From contig OZ059895.1 in assembly GCA_964057225.1 (NCBI GenBank), positions 15,500,001 through 15,564,000 on the forward strand: DNA of 64,000 nucleotides, written 5' to 3'. The notes below the pieces were generated by a model. That model made no database searches and was not told where the DNA came from. It saw only the letters and a program-made list of their open reading frames with translations. This DNA is from Auanema rhodensis (Eukaryota; Animalia; Nematoda). The position numbers and the translations under genes were made by a program. Numbering within the stretch: the stretch's first letter is position 1; each line of letters starts with the position of its first letter. This document shows, piece after piece, positions 63,063-64,000 of the stretch.

Positions 63063-64000
63063 CTCTGTAAAGGTTTAGAACTGTAAAGGCTACAAGCAAT
63101 GCCTTCAGAAATGGAAGTATGCAGATCAAAGATTGTTGTAGCGCTGGCAAAAATAACTTTCAAGCAAGATACGGTCAGATGCTAAGGTTCTTATATAGTG
63201 GGAGGGGAATGGGCGGACAAGCAGCTTACAAACTTTATTAAGTACACATGACCATAATTATCTTCAGAAATGTGGAACTGGAGATGCTGTAAGAGGAGAG
63301 AAAGAAGACAAGAAGGGAATGGACGGAAAGGGATAAGATGAAGAGAAATGATCTTGAAATAATTTAAAACGAATCTGGAAAGAAACGAAGCAGATTGCGG
63401 ATTTGAAGAGGATGAAGAGACGATACATTCAGCCGGCAGGCATGGATAGCACAACGGTATTCAAGGATATTCAGATAGAGCGAGTGAAAGTGGCGAGGAG
63501 ACCGGCCGATCAGCAAGAGAGGGAGAGAATTGCGAGCTATTACGGAAAAGAACGAAGGAGAATAGCGGCAACTGCAATGCGTTGAGGGCAGGGGACCCGG
63601 ACAGTACTATAGTTGGTTTGTCTGCATCTCTTTGCGTCTCTACCAGTTGGCTTTTCATATTGGGACGTTTCTCTTATTCTTTTGAAAAATGTTGTTTGAA
63701 GAATAGCCGAATAGGATGAGGATGTAGTATACAGATTGAAGATGTCTTCTCTCTCTCTCTCTCTCTCCTTAAGCTTAAGTTATAGTTTGATGTTTAAATT
63801 ATATATTTTCATATTACTATTGTATAAGTGAATGAATTTGAGTGTGTATATATGCTGTACATGAAATAGCTGGACTGGATTTTCGATACACTACGATGTC
63901 TCATAGCTCACAAACGTTTTTGAAATATGTGATTGTTCATGGCATCATGATGTTTCTGCTGCTGCTGTTTGCTGTTGTTGTTGTTGCTGTTGCAGTTGCA

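Noticed and set aside
1-64000. tRNA, rRNA, CRISPR arrays, transposase/RT ORFs, telomeric TTAGGC arrays
   Set aside because: None recognised by eye; only isolated TTAGGC hexamers. Degenerate non-autonomous elements cannot be excluded without a repeat library.

Overview
AT-rich eukaryotic genomic DNA with short (~45 nt) GT-AG introns and TTTCAG-type acceptors. It is a nematode, and the closeness of the Hox1, T-box and nAChR proteins to C. elegans suggests a clade V rhabditid (inference). The supplied ORF track is mostly fragments or microsatellite artefacts, so genes were rebuilt by splicing exons by eye. Order: 3' half of deg-3 nAChR (+), U2 snRNA (-), DEG/ENaC channel (-), T-box mls-1 (+), Hox1/labial ceh-13 (-), mir-993/mir-231-family hairpin (+), dolichol kinase (+), ~10 kb with no recognisable gene, GRAF/oligophrenin-type BAR-PH-RhoGAP-SH3 gene (+), Nar1/oxy-4 (-), sap-18 and a TMUB-like gene (+, probable operon), and a secreted DB-module protein (-). 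Most striking unexplained signals: (1) a dispersed, fixed-spacing non-coding element, [ACGT boxes at 11-12 bp period]...TCATTTY-N(19-21)-CGGTTGT, found 7 times plus weaker copies, with unalignable spacers; (2) a structurally intact U2 snRNA carrying AUC instead of the near-invariant UCU just after the branch-site recognition sequence; (3) a Hox1 + mir-993 block with no other homeobox seen within 45 kb upstream. All counts and alignments were done by eye.
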